Assembly (NCBI GenBank): GCA_963815655.1
Contig: CAWFHK010000001.1
Span: 1,165,813-1,229,812 of the forward strand
Source: an uncultured Acidobacteriota bacterium
GTDB lineage: Bacteria; Acidobacteriota; Thermoanaerobaculia; UBA5066; Gp7-AA6
Direction of reading: 5' to 3'
DNA: 64,000 nt
Shown here: in pieces, positions 48,055-57,011 of the stretch
How positions within the stretch are numbered: the stretch's first letter is position 1
Layout: each line of letters begins with the position of its first letter
The notes under the pieces: generated by a model
Database searches by the model: none
What the model was told of the DNA's origin: nothing
What the model saw: only the letters and a program-made list of their open reading frames with translations
Translations under genes and position numbers: made by a program

Positions 48055-48569
48055 GCGGCCGACGCTACGGCGTTCAGGGATCCGGACAGCCGGCCAGGTT
48101 CCCGCCGGAGGCCCTCGCCCGGATCGAGGAGATCCTGAAGCGCTACCCCACCCGGCAGGCCGCGCTCCTTTCCGTCCTCTGGGTCGCCCAGGAGACGTTC
48201 GGCTGGATCTCGAAGGAGGCGGCCGAGGAGGTCTCGCGCCTCCTCGAGCTGTCCCCGGCGCACGTGGACGGGGTGCTGACCTTCTACACGATGTACAACC
48301 TGCGCCCGGTCGGAAGGAACCTGCTCCAGTTCTGCACCTCCATCTCCTGCCACCTCGCCGGGGCGGGACGCCTGATGGAGCGGTGCACGAAGCGGCTGGG
48401 TGTGGAGCTGGAGCAGACGACCCCGGACGGGAAATTCACGGTCGTCGAGGTCGAGTGCATCGCCGGCTGCGACCGCGCGCCGTCCATGATGGTCAACGAC
48501 ACGTACCACGAGCCGATGGACGAGGAGAAGCTCGACGCTCTCCTCGACAGGCTCTCGGCGGACGCCTGA
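48051..48569 (+). CDS. nuoE: NADH-quinone oxidoreductase subunit E.
   Basis: GTG start overlapping the nuoA stop. Thioredoxin-like 2Fe-2S cysteines (CTSISCHLAG...ECIAGCDRAP). Confidence 0.85.
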   Translation: MSGRRYGVQGSGQPARFPPEALARIEEILKRYPTRQAALLSVLWVAQETFGWISKEAAEEVSRLLELSPAHVDGVLTFYTMYNLRPVGRNLLQFCTSISCHLAGAGRLMERCTKRLGVELEQTTPDGKFTVVEVECIAGCDRAPSMMVNDTYHEPMDEEKLDALLDRLSADA

Positions 48570-48570
48570 G

Positions 48571-49890
48571 ATGAGCGAGAAGGTCCTGCTCGCGCGCGTC
48601 GGGAGGAAGGACTCGCGCTCGATCGAGAGGTACATCGCGGACGGGGGCTACGCGGCCCTGCGCACCGTCCTGACCGGCGGCTGGACCCCGGAGAGGCTGA
48701 CCGACGAGGTCAAGAAGTCGGGGCTGCGCGGGCGCGGCGGCGCGGGGTTCCCGACGGGAGTCAAGTGGGGATTCGTCCCGAAGGACACGAAGGGGAAGCC
48801 GGTCTATCTCCTCTGCAACGCGGACGAATCGGAGCCCGGCACGTTCAAGGACCGGCTGCTGATGGAAGAGGACCCGCACCAGGTCATCGAGGGGATCATC
48901 CTCTCCTCCTACGCGATCAAGTGCCGCAGCGCCTACATCTACATCCGCGGCGAGTTCTACCTGGGCGCGCGGATCCTGGTGAAGGCGATCGAGGAGGCGT
49001 ACGCGAAGGGCTTCCTGGGAGAGAACATCCTGGGCTCCGGCTATGCCCTCGACGTCACGGTCCACCGCGGCGCGGGCGCCTACATCTGCGGCGAGGAGAC
49101 CGGGCTGATCGAGAGCCTCGAGGGGAAGCGCGGACAGCCGCGCATCAAGCCGCCGTTTCCCGCCGTCTGGGGCGTCTTCGGATGCCCGACGATCGTGAAC
49201 AACGTCGAGACGCTCGCCTGCGTCGTCCACATCGTCAACCGCGGCGCCGAGTGGTTCGTGAAGATCGGCCGCAACGAAAAGAACAGCGGCCCCAAGCTCT
49301 ACTGCCTCTCCGGGCACGTCAACCGTCCTGGCGTCTACGAGGCCGCGATGGGGCTGCAGATGAAGGATCTCCTCTTCGGCGCGGACTTCGGCCAGGGGAT
49401 GAAGGACGGGAAGAAGGTCAAGGCCGTGATCCCGGGGGGCGCCTCGGCCGCGATGCTCACGCCGGAGGAGATCGAGGACTGCCCGCTCGATTTCGACGGC
49501 CTCGCCGCCAAGAAGTCGATGCTCGGCTCAGCCGCCATCATCGTGATGAACGAGGACACCTGCATCGTCAACGCCGCGCAGAACCTCGCCAAGTTCTTCT
49601 CCCACGAATCGTGCGGGCAGTGCACGCCATGCCGCGAGGGAACTCCCTGGCTCCATAAAGTCCTGACGCGGATCGAGAGCGGCGAGGGGCGCCTCCAGGA
49701 CATCGACCTGCTCGAGAGGATCTCCAACCAGATGGCCAACGGCATGACGATCTGCGTCTTCGCGGACGCCGCGATCGCGCCGGTCCTCTCCTCCGTCGGC
49801 AAGTTCCGCGACGAGTTTCGCTACCACGTCGAGCAGAAGCGCTGCCTCGTCGGACCGGGGGCCTCGCGGCCGGAGCTCGTGACGGCATGA
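48571..49890 (+). CDS. nuoF: NADH-quinone oxidoreductase subunit F.
   Basis: GRGGAGFPTGVKW FMN site, NADH-binding GxGAYICGEETGLIESLEG, 4Fe-4S ESCGQCTPCREG. Confidence 0.9.
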   Translation: MSEKVLLARVGRKDSRSIERYIADGGYAALRTVLTGGWTPERLTDEVKKSGLRGRGGAGFPTGVKWGFVPKDTKGKPVYLLCNADESEPGTFKDRLLMEEDPHQVIEGIILSSYAIKCRSAYIYIRGEFYLGARILVKAIEEAYAKGFLGENILGSGYALDVTVHRGAGAYICGEETGLIESLEGKRGQPRIKPPFPAVWGVFGCPTIVNNVETLACVVHIVNRGAEWFVKIGRNEKNSGPKLYCLSGHVNRPGVYEAAMGLQMKDLLFGADFGQGMKDGKKVKAVIPGGASAAMLTPEEIEDCPLDFDGLAAKKSMLGSAAIIVMNEDTCIVNAAQNLAKFFSHESCGQCTPCREGTPWLHKVLTRIESGEGRLQDIDLLERISNQMANGMTICVFADAAIAPVLSSVGKFRDEFRYHVEQKRCLVGPGASRPELVTA

Positions 49891-51566
49891 GCGCGAGCCC
49901 TCCGCAGCCCCCGGCCGCGCCCGCGGCGCCGGCCGCGCCGCCCAAGGACACCTTCACGGTCCTTTTCGACGGCAAGCCGATCGAGGTGCCGAAGAACATC
50001 AACCTGATCGAGGCGGCCAAGCTCGCCGGGATCGAGATCCCCCACTTCTGCTTCCACCCGCGCCTCTCGGTCGTCGGCCAGTGCCGGATGTGCCTCGTCG
50101 AGATCGAGGGGATCCCGAAGATCCAGGCCGCCTGCACGACGCCGTTGAAGGACGGACTCTCCGTCAAGACGAAGACGGAGAAGGTCGTCGAGTCGCGCGC
50201 GGCGAACATGGAGTTCCTCCTCATCAACCATCCGCTCGACTGCCCGATCTGCGACCAGGCGGGCGAGTGCAGGCTCCAGGACAACTCCTTCGGCTACGGC
50301 GACCAGCGCTCGCGCTACGACGAGAAGAAGCGCCAGTACGCCGGGTTCGACCGCACGATGATCGGCCCGCACGTCATCGCCGACATGACGCGCTGCATCC
50401 AGTGCACGCGCTGCATCCGCTTCTGCCAGGAGATCGCCGGCACCGGGGAGCTGACCTTCCTCGACCGCGGCGGGCGAACCCTCGTCTGGACCCACGACGG
50501 CCAGCCGCTCGCCAACGACTGGTCCGGCTGCGCCGCCGACGTCTGCCCGGTCGGGGCGCTGACGGTCAGGGAGTTCCGGTTCCGCAGCCGCGTCTGGTAC
50601 CTGGAGAAGGCGCGCTCGGTCTGCCCCGGCTGCAACATCGGCTGCAACATCTCGATCGAGAACCGGGACTCGATCGTCTACCGCTTCCTGCCGCGCCTGA
50701 ACCCGCAGGTCAACGACTACTGGATCTGCGACTACGGGCGCTTCCTCTCCGAGAGCCTGAACCTGCGCGAGGTCGAGAAGGCCTCCGTGCGCGAGGGAGA
50801 CGCGGTCGTGGAAACTCACGTCCCCGCCGCGGTCGAGAAGATCGCCGCGAGGATCCGGCGGACCGCGGCCTCCACGGGGCCGGCCGGCCTCTTCTTCCTC
50901 GGCTCGGCGAACCTCTCCAACGAGGAGAACTATCTCCTCCGGAAGATCGCGGACCACCTCTCCTGCGGCAACCGCGACGCGGTCGTGGACACGTCGCGGC
51001 TTCGCCGGATGAAGTCGAAGACCGCCTGGGTCGAGGGGGATCACGCGGGCCCCAACTTCTCCGGGGCGAAGGACATGGGCCTCTCGCCTCTGCCGGGCGG
51101 CTACGGCCTGGAAGACGTCCTGTCGGGCAGGGCGCGGCCGGAGGTCATCCTCGTCGCGGACGCTTCGTTCTCCAGCATGGCGGACGATCCGCAGAAAGTG
51201 GCCGTCCTGCGCCAGGCCTCCTTGCTGGCCACCGCGGCGCGGACCGCAAACGCGTTGACGCGCGCCGCCGACGTCGTTCTTCCCGCGGCGTCTCTCGCGG
51301 AGAAGGAAGGGACGTTCACCAACGTCCAGGGACGCGTGCAGAAGTTCGATCGCGCGTTCCTGCCGAAGCCGCCGGCGCGGGCGCACTGGGAGCTTCTCCT
51401 GCTTCTCGCCGTCGCGCTCGGCTGGGGGGACCGCAACTGGACGCCGGAAGACCTGCGCCGGCAGATACAGGCGGAAGTGAACGGGTACGCGGGCGTGACC
51501 GAGGAGGAGCTGAAGGGCGGCATCCTGATGAAGAAGGGCGACTTCGTCTCCTTCGGGGCGATCTAG
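49887..51566 (+). CDS. nuoG: NADH-quinone oxidoreductase subunit G (short form).
   Basis: 2Fe-2S CFHPRLSVVGQCRMC, His-ligated 4Fe-4S HPLDCPICDQAGEC, CIQCTRCIRFC. Confidence 0.85.
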   Translation: MSASPPQPPAAPAAPAAPPKDTFTVLFDGKPIEVPKNINLIEAAKLAGIEIPHFCFHPRLSVVGQCRMCLVEIEGIPKIQAACTTPLKDGLSVKTKTEKVVESRAANMEFLLINHPLDCPICDQAGECRLQDNSFGYGDQRSRYDEKKRQYAGFDRTMIGPHVIADMTRCIQCTRCIRFCQEIAGTGELTFLDRGGRTLVWTHDGQPLANDWSGCAADVCPVGALTVREFRFRSRVWYLEKARSVCPGCNIGCNISIENRDSIVYRFLPRLNPQVNDYWICDYGRFLSESLNLREVEKASVREGDAVVETHVPAAVEKIAARIRRTAASTGPAGLFFLGSANLSNEENYLLRKIADHLSCGNRDAVVDTSRLRRMKSKTAWVEGDHAGPNFSGAKDMGLSPLPGGYGLEDVLSGRARPEVILVADASFSSMADDPQKVAVLRQASLLATAARTANALTRAADVVLPAASLAEKEGTFTNVQGRVQKFDRAFLPKPPARAHWELLLLLAVALGWGDRNWTPEDLRRQIQAEVNGYAGVTEEELKGGILMKKGDFVSFGAI

Positions 51567-51573
51567 CTTCAGG

Positions 51574-52611
51574 ATGAGCGCAGTCGACTGGCTGATCCTC
51601 GCGCTCCGGGTCCTGATCCCGCTCGGCGTGATCCTGACGGTCGTTCCGATGCTCGGCTGGGCGGAGCGGCGCGGAGCCGGTCTCATCCAGGACCGGCCCG
51701 GGCCCAACCGCGTGGGGCCTTTCGGGCTCCTCCAGCTCCCGGTGGACGCCGTCAAGTTCTTCTTCAAGGAAGACGTCATTCCCACGAACGCGGACAAGGT
51801 TCTCTACGTCCTCGCTCCGGGGATCGCGGTCTTCTCCGCGCTGACGACGTTCGCCGTGATTCCCTACGGCGCCACCCTGCCGGCCGGCGGGCGGGATATC
51901 CCCCTGATCGGGGCTGACCTCTCGATCGGCGTCCTCTATGTCTTCGCGCTGACCTCTCTCTCGGTGTACGGCATCGTGCTGGCCGGCTGGGCGTCGAACA
52001 ACAAGTTCTCGCTGATCGGAGGCCTGCGGTCGAGCGCGCAGATCATCTCCTACGAGCTCGCGATGACGACCGCGGCCGCGGGAGCGATCCTCGTCTCGGG
52101 GTCCCTGAGGCTGCCCGACATCGTCGCGAGCCAGGAACGGCTGTGGCTCGGGTTCCTCCCGCGCTGGAACGTCGCGCCGCAGTTTCTCGGCTTCCTCGTC
52201 TTCTTCATCTCGACCTTCGCGGAAACCAACCGGACCCCGTTCGACCTGCCGGAGGCGGACGCCGAGCTTGTCGGCGGCTACCACACCGAGTACTCCGCGA
52301 TGAAGTTCGCGATGTTCATGATGGCGGAGTACGTCAACATCGTGGTCGCCTGCGCGCTCACGGTGACGCTCTACTTCGGGGGGTGGAGCCTCCCCGGGTT
52401 CCATCCGCACGGCCTCCTCGGGGCGATCGCATCCATCCTGATCTTCTCGGTCAAGACCCTGTTCTTCGTCCTCGTCTTCATCTGGGTGCGCTGGACGCTC
52501 CCCCGCTTCCGCTACGACCAGCTGATGCGCATCGGCTGGAAGGCGCTCCTGCCGCTCGCGCTTCTGAACCTCTTCTGGGTGGCGGGGCTCGTCGCGCTGG
52601 GATGGATGTGA
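51574..52611 (+). CDS. nuoH: NADH-quinone oxidoreductase subunit H.
   Basis: 8-TM protein with ...QDRPGPNRVGPFGLLQLPVDAVKFFFKED... ...FAETNRTPFDLPEADAELVGGYHTEYS. Confidence 0.9.
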   Translation: MSAVDWLILALRVLIPLGVILTVVPMLGWAERRGAGLIQDRPGPNRVGPFGLLQLPVDAVKFFFKEDVIPTNADKVLYVLAPGIAVFSALTTFAVIPYGATLPAGGRDIPLIGADLSIGVLYVFALTSLSVYGIVLAGWASNNKFSLIGGLRSSAQIISYELAMTTAAAGAILVSGSLRLPDIVASQERLWLGFLPRWNVAPQFLGFLVFFISTFAETNRTPFDLPEADAELVGGYHTEYSAMKFAMFMMAEYVNIVVACALTVTLYFGGWSLPGFHPHGLLGAIASILIFSVKTLFFVLVFIWVRWTLPRFRYDQLMRIGWKALLPLALLNLFWVAGLVALGWM

Positions 52612-52627
52612 TGGGAAGGAGCGCGCG

Positions 52628-53137
52628 ATGACTGCACGTGTCGTTTTCGACGCGGCCGCGGCGATGGCGATCCTGTTCGCCGCGCTGATGGTCGTCCACC
52701 CCCACCCGGTCAAGAGCGTGCTCGCCGTGGTCGTCTCCTTCTTCGGGCTCGCGGTCTGCTACGTGATGCTCTCCGCCCCCTTCATCGCGGCGATCCAGGT
52801 CATCGTCTACGCGGGGGCGATCCTCGTCCTCTTCCTCTTCGTCCTGATGCTCTTGAACGTCGGCCCGGAGCCGCGGGAGCGGGACCCGCGCCCGATCCAG
52901 CGGTGGCTCTCCGCCATCGCGCTCCTCCTCTTCGCCGCCCTGCTGCTCGGCCTGCTCCGGGCGCACGGCTCGGCAACGGGCACCCCGGCCGCGTCCGGGG
53001 CGGTTTCCGGCGACGTCGCTCCGCTCGCGCGCCTCCTCTTCTCGCAGTACCTCCTCCCCTTCGAGGCCCTCTCGATCCTGCTCCTCGCCGCGCTCGTCGG
53101 GGCCTTCGTCCTGGCGCAGAGGGAGAAGCGCTCGTGA
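52628..53137 (+). CDS. nuoJ: NADH-quinone oxidoreductase subunit J.
   Basis: 169 aa, 5 TM. Follows nuoH directly, with no nuoI in between. Confidence 0.8.
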   Translation: MTARVVFDAAAAMAILFAALMVVHPHPVKSVLAVVVSFFGLAVCYVMLSAPFIAAIQVIVYAGAILVLFLFVLMLLNVGPEPRERDPRPIQRWLSAIALLLFAALLLGLLRAHGSATGTPAASGAVSGDVAPLARLLFSQYLLPFEALSILLLAALVGAFVLAQREKRS

Positions 53138-53445
53138 TCGGCTCGATCCCCCTCGGGGACGTGCTCCTGGCCTCGGGAGCGCTCTTCACCATCGGCCTCG
53201 CGGGGGCTCTCCTGCGCCGCAGCGCGATCTCGATCTTCCTCTCGATCGAGGTGATGATGAACGCCGCGAATCTCGCCGCGATCGGCTACGGGGCGGCCAT
53301 GGGCACCCGCGAGGGGCAGATCGTCGTCTTCTTCATCATCGCGATCGCCGCGGCGGAGGCTTCGGTCGGGCTCGCCATCTTCGTCGCCCTCTTCCGCCAC
53401 AAGGAGACGATCGACGTGAACAAGATCAACCTGCTGAAGTGGTGA
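53134..53445 (+). CDS. nuoK: NADH-quinone oxidoreductase subunit K.
   Basis: GTG start overlapping the nuoJ stop. ...LSIEVMMNAANLAAIGY... ...AIAAAEASVGLAIFVALFR. Confidence 0.85.
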   Translation: MIGSIPLGDVLLASGALFTIGLAGALLRRSAISIFLSIEVMMNAANLAAIGYGAAMGTREGQIVVFFIIAIAAAEASVGLAIFVALFRHKETIDVNKINLLKW

Positions 53446-53452
53446 GCGGCGC

Positions 53453-55384
53453 ATGACCCTTCCGCTCTGGCTCATCCCGGCGCTGCCGCTGGCCGGCTTT
53501 CTCGTCAACGGGCTCGCCGGCAAGAGGATGGGGAAGAGCTTCGTGTCGGCCGTCGGCGTCGGGTCTGTCGGCCTCGCGACGGCCGCGGCCTACGCGCGGC
53601 TCATCCCCTATTTCATGGGGGACCACGCCGCCGCCGTGGAGAGGATCGCGCCCTGGTTCTCGGCCGGCGGCTTCTCGGCCGACCTCGCGATGCGCCTGGA
53701 CCCTCTCTCCGCCCTGATGACCTCCTTCGTGACGTTCGTCGGCTTCTGGATCCACGTCTATTCGGTCGGCTACATGCGCCACGACGAGACGGAGGCCGGC
53801 TACGCGCGCTATTTCGCGTACCTGAACCTCTTCATGTTCGCGATGCTCGTCCTCGTGCTCGCCCAGAACTTCGTGATGATGTTCGTCGGCTGGGAAGGCG
53901 TCGGCCTCTGCTCCTACCTCCTGATCGGCTACTACTACGAGAGGCAGTACGCCGCGGACGCGGGCAAGAAGGCCTTCGTCGTCAATCGCATCGGCGACTT
54001 CGGGTTCCTGCTTGGCATGTTCGGGCTCTTCTCCCTCTTCTCCTCGCTCGACTTCGACCGCGTCTTCACGGCCGCCGCCGCCGACCCCGGCCGGTACGCT
54101 CCGGCCCTGACGCTCGTCTGCCTCTGTCTCTTCCTCGGGGCGGTCGGCAAGTCGGCGCAGGTGCCGCTCTTCGTCTGGCTCCCCGACGCGATGGCGGGGC
54201 CGACCCCCGTGTCGGCCCTCATCCACGCCGCCACCATGGTGACGGCGGGCGTCTACATGGTCGCGCGCTGCAACGTCCTCTTCCGCCTGGCGCCGGAGGC
54301 GATGGGCGTCGTGGCCGTCGTCGGCGCGGTCACGGCGATCTTCGCGGGCATCATCGCGGTGGCGCAGAACGACATCAAGAAGGTGCTCGCCTACTCGACG
54401 GTCTCGCAGCTCGGCTACATGTTCCTCGCGTGCGGCGTCGGAGCCTACGCGGCGGGAATGTTCCACGTCCTGACCCACGCGTTCTTCAAGGCCTGCCTCT
54501 TCCTCGGGTCGGGCTCCGTCATCCACGCCATGGCGGGTGAGCAGGACATGCGGAAGATGGGGGGCTTGAAGTCGAAGCTCCCGACGACCTATTGGACGTT
54601 CCTCGTCGCGACGCTCGCCATCGCCGGCATCCCGCCGCTCGCGGGGTTCTTCTCCAAGGACGCGATCCTCGGGAGCGTCTTCGAGCACGGGCGGTACGTC
54701 CTCTGGGGCGTCGCCCTCTTCACGGCCGGGCTGACGGCCTTCTACATGTTCCGGCTCGTGTCGCTGACGTTCGAGGGGAATTTCCGCGGCACGCGCGAGC
54801 AGGAACATCACCTGCACGAGTCCCCCCCGTCGATGACCGTCCCGCTCGTGGTCCTCGCCATCCTGTCGTTCATCGGCGGTTGGATCGGCCTTCCGAAGGT
54901 CCTCGGAGAGAACGCCGACCGGTTCTCGGCATTCCTCTCGCCCATCCTCCTTCCGCTGGCTTCGAGCGAGATCGCCGAGCACGGCCTCTCCGCCGGCGTC
55001 GAATGGCTGCTGATGGGCGTCTCGGTCGCCGCCGCCGTGGCGGGCCTCTCCCTCGCCAGGAGCTGGTACGTGAAACAGCAGGGTCGTCCGGCGGAGCGGA
55101 TCGCGGAGTCGTTCCCGGGGGCCTACGCGCTCGTCGCCGACAAGTTCCGCATCGACGAGCTCTATGCCCTGCTCTTTGTCCGTCCCTTCGACTGGCTGGC
55201 GCGCATGCTCTGGAAGGTTGTGGACGTCCTGATCATCGACGGGATCCTGAACGCGGGAGCGTTCCTCGTCGAGCTCGCCGGAGACCTGCTGCGGTTCCTC
55301 CAGACGGGAAACGTCCGCAATTACGCGTTGACGCTGTTTCTGGGTCTCGTCGCCCTGATGATCTTCGTGATCGGAGCCTTCTAG
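53453..55384 (+). CDS. nuoL: NADH-quinone oxidoreductase subunit L.
   Basis: 643 aa antiporter-like subunit with a long C-terminal horizontal helix. Confidence 0.9.
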   Translation: MTLPLWLIPALPLAGFLVNGLAGKRMGKSFVSAVGVGSVGLATAAAYARLIPYFMGDHAAAVERIAPWFSAGGFSADLAMRLDPLSALMTSFVTFVGFWIHVYSVGYMRHDETEAGYARYFAYLNLFMFAMLVLVLAQNFVMMFVGWEGVGLCSYLLIGYYYERQYAADAGKKAFVVNRIGDFGFLLGMFGLFSLFSSLDFDRVFTAAAADPGRYAPALTLVCLCLFLGAVGKSAQVPLFVWLPDAMAGPTPVSALIHAATMVTAGVYMVARCNVLFRLAPEAMGVVAVVGAVTAIFAGIIAVAQNDIKKVLAYSTVSQLGYMFLACGVGAYAAGMFHVLTHAFFKACLFLGSGSVIHAMAGEQDMRKMGGLKSKLPTTYWTFLVATLAIAGIPPLAGFFSKDAILGSVFEHGRYVLWGVALFTAGLTAFYMFRLVSLTFEGNFRGTREQEHHLHESPPSMTVPLVVLAILSFIGGWIGLPKVLGENADRFSAFLSPILLPLASSEIAEHGLSAGVEWLLMGVSVAAAVAGLSLARSWYVKQQGRPAERIAESFPGAYALVADKFRIDELYALLFVRPFDWLARMLWKVVDVLIIDGILNAGAFLVELAGDLLRFLQTGNVRNYALTLFLGLVALMIFVIGAF

Positions 55385-55385
55385 G

Positions 55386-57011
55386 ATGAGCGGACTCCTC
55401 GACCAGCACCTCCTCTCGCTGTTGATCTTCCTGCCGACGGCGGGCGCGGCATTGCTGCTTCTCTTTCCCGAGTCGCAGGGGAAGGCGGCGAAGTGGTTCG
55501 CGCTCGCCGTGTCGATCCTGGAATTCGCGCTTTCCGTGCCCCTCTGGACCCGGTTCGCCATTTCGCATGGCGGGTTCCAGTTCACGGAAGTCCTGAGGTG
55601 GGTTCCGGCCCTCGGCATCTCCTATTCGGTCGGGATCGACGGGATCTCGCTCGTGCTGATCCTGCTGACGACGCTGCTCACTCCGGTGTCGCTCCTCTTC
55701 TCGGTGTCCCACGTCGAGAAGAGCGTCCGCGCCTTCTCGATCGCGTTCCTCCTGCTCGAGACGGGGATGCTCGGAAGCCTCGCCGCCCTCGACCTCGCGC
55801 TCTTCTACGTCTTCTGGGAAGTGATGCTCGTCCCGATGTATTTCATCATCGGGATCTGGGGCGGCTCGCGGCGCATCTACGCTGCGATGAAATTCTTTCT
55901 GTTCACGATGGCGGGGAGTCTCCTGATGTTCCTCGCGATCCTGTATCTCGCGGTGCGCCACCGCGCCGCGACGGGGGAATGGTCGTTCCTGCTCGCCGAC
56001 CTGACGCGCCTGGATCTGGCCGCTTCGACACAGGCGCTCCTCTTCTTCGCCTTCGCCCTCGCCTTCGCGATCAAGGTCCCGGTCTTCCCGCTCCACACGT
56101 GGCTCCCGGACGCGCACACGGAGGCGCCGACGGCCGGGTCCATCATCCTCGCCGGCGTGCTCCTGAAGCTCGGCGTCTACGGCTACCTGCGCTTCGCGCT
56201 GCCGCTCTTCCCGGAGGCCGCGATGCGGTACGCGCCGTGGCTCGGCGTCCTCGGCGTCATCGGCGTTGTCTACGGGGCGCTCGTCGCCTACGCCCAGAAG
56301 GACATGAAGCGCCTCGTCGCGTACTCCTCCGTCTCGCACCTGGGGCTCGTCGTCGTCGGCATCGGGGCCTTCACGGCGACCGCCCTCTCCGGCGCGGTCC
56401 TCCAGATGGTCAACCACGGCCTCTCGACGGGCGCGCTCTTCCTCCTCGTCGGCGTCCTCTACGAGCGCCGCCACACGCGCGAGATTTCGGCCTACGGCGG
56501 GATCGCCGGCATCGTCCCGGTCACGACCGCGCTCTTTCTCGTCGCGACGCTCTCCTCCATCGGCCTGCCGGGATTGAACGGGTTCGTGGGCGAGTTCCTG
56601 ATCCTCGTCGGCACCTGGACCTCGCCGCACCGGTGGTGGGCGGTCGCGGCGGCGACCGGCGTCATCCTCTCGGCGGTCTACATGCTCTCCCTCGTCCAGC
56701 GGGTCTTCTGGAACCCGCTCGTGCACGAGGAGAACCGCGCGATCCCGGAGATCCGCAGAAGCGAGCTCCTCGCCGCCTCCGTGCTGGTCCTCCTGATGAT
56801 CTGGATCGGCGTCCGGCCCAACGACGTCCTCTCCCGACTCGGCCCCTCCATCGAAGCCGTCCGCGCATCCGCGAGTCAGCGGCGCGAAGCGGCGGACCGG
56901 GGGACCGGGCGACGGGGCTGGGTGAGGAGCGCCCGATCCCATTCCTCACACCTCCCAGTCTCCCAGTCCCCCATTCTCCCAGTCAGCCAGCGCGAGGCGC
57001 AGGCCCGATGA
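55386..57011 (+). CDS. nuoM: NADH-quinone oxidoreductase subunit M, with an unusual ~45-aa C-terminal tail.
   Basis: Antiporter-like. The tail ...RREAADRGTGRRGWVRSARSHSSHLPVSQSPILPVSQREAQAR is encoded partly by a CCCAGTC repeat. Confidence 0.85.
   Translation: MSGLLDQHLLSLLIFLPTAGAALLLLFPESQGKAAKWFALAVSILEFALSVPLWTRFAISHGGFQFTEVLRWVPALGISYSVGIDGISLVLILLTTLLTPVSLLFSVSHVEKSVRAFSIAFLLLETGMLGSLAALDLALFYVFWEVMLVPMYFIIGIWGGSRRIYAAMKFFLFTMAGSLLMFLAILYLAVRHRAATGEWSFLLADLTRLDLAASTQALLFFAFALAFAIKVPVFPLHTWLPDAHTEAPTAGSIILAGVLLKLGVYGYLRFALPLFPEAAMRYAPWLGVLGVIGVVYGALVAYAQKDMKRLVAYSSVSHLGLVVVGIGAFTATALSGAVLQMVNHGLSTGALFLLVGVLYERRHTREISAYGGIAGIVPVTTALFLVATLSSIGLPGLNGFVGEFLILVGTWTSPHRWWAVAAATGVILSAVYMLSLVQRVFWNPLVHEENRAIPEIRRSELLAASVLVLLMIWIGVRPNDVLSRLGPSIEAVRASASQRREAADRGTGRRGWVRSARSHSSHLPVSQSPILPVSQREAQAR
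56951..56993. repeat. CCCAGTC-type tandem repeat within the nuoM 3' end / nuoN 5' junction.
   Basis: cctcccagtctcccagtcccccattctcccagtcagccag is related to 31373-31401. Confidence 0.5.
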
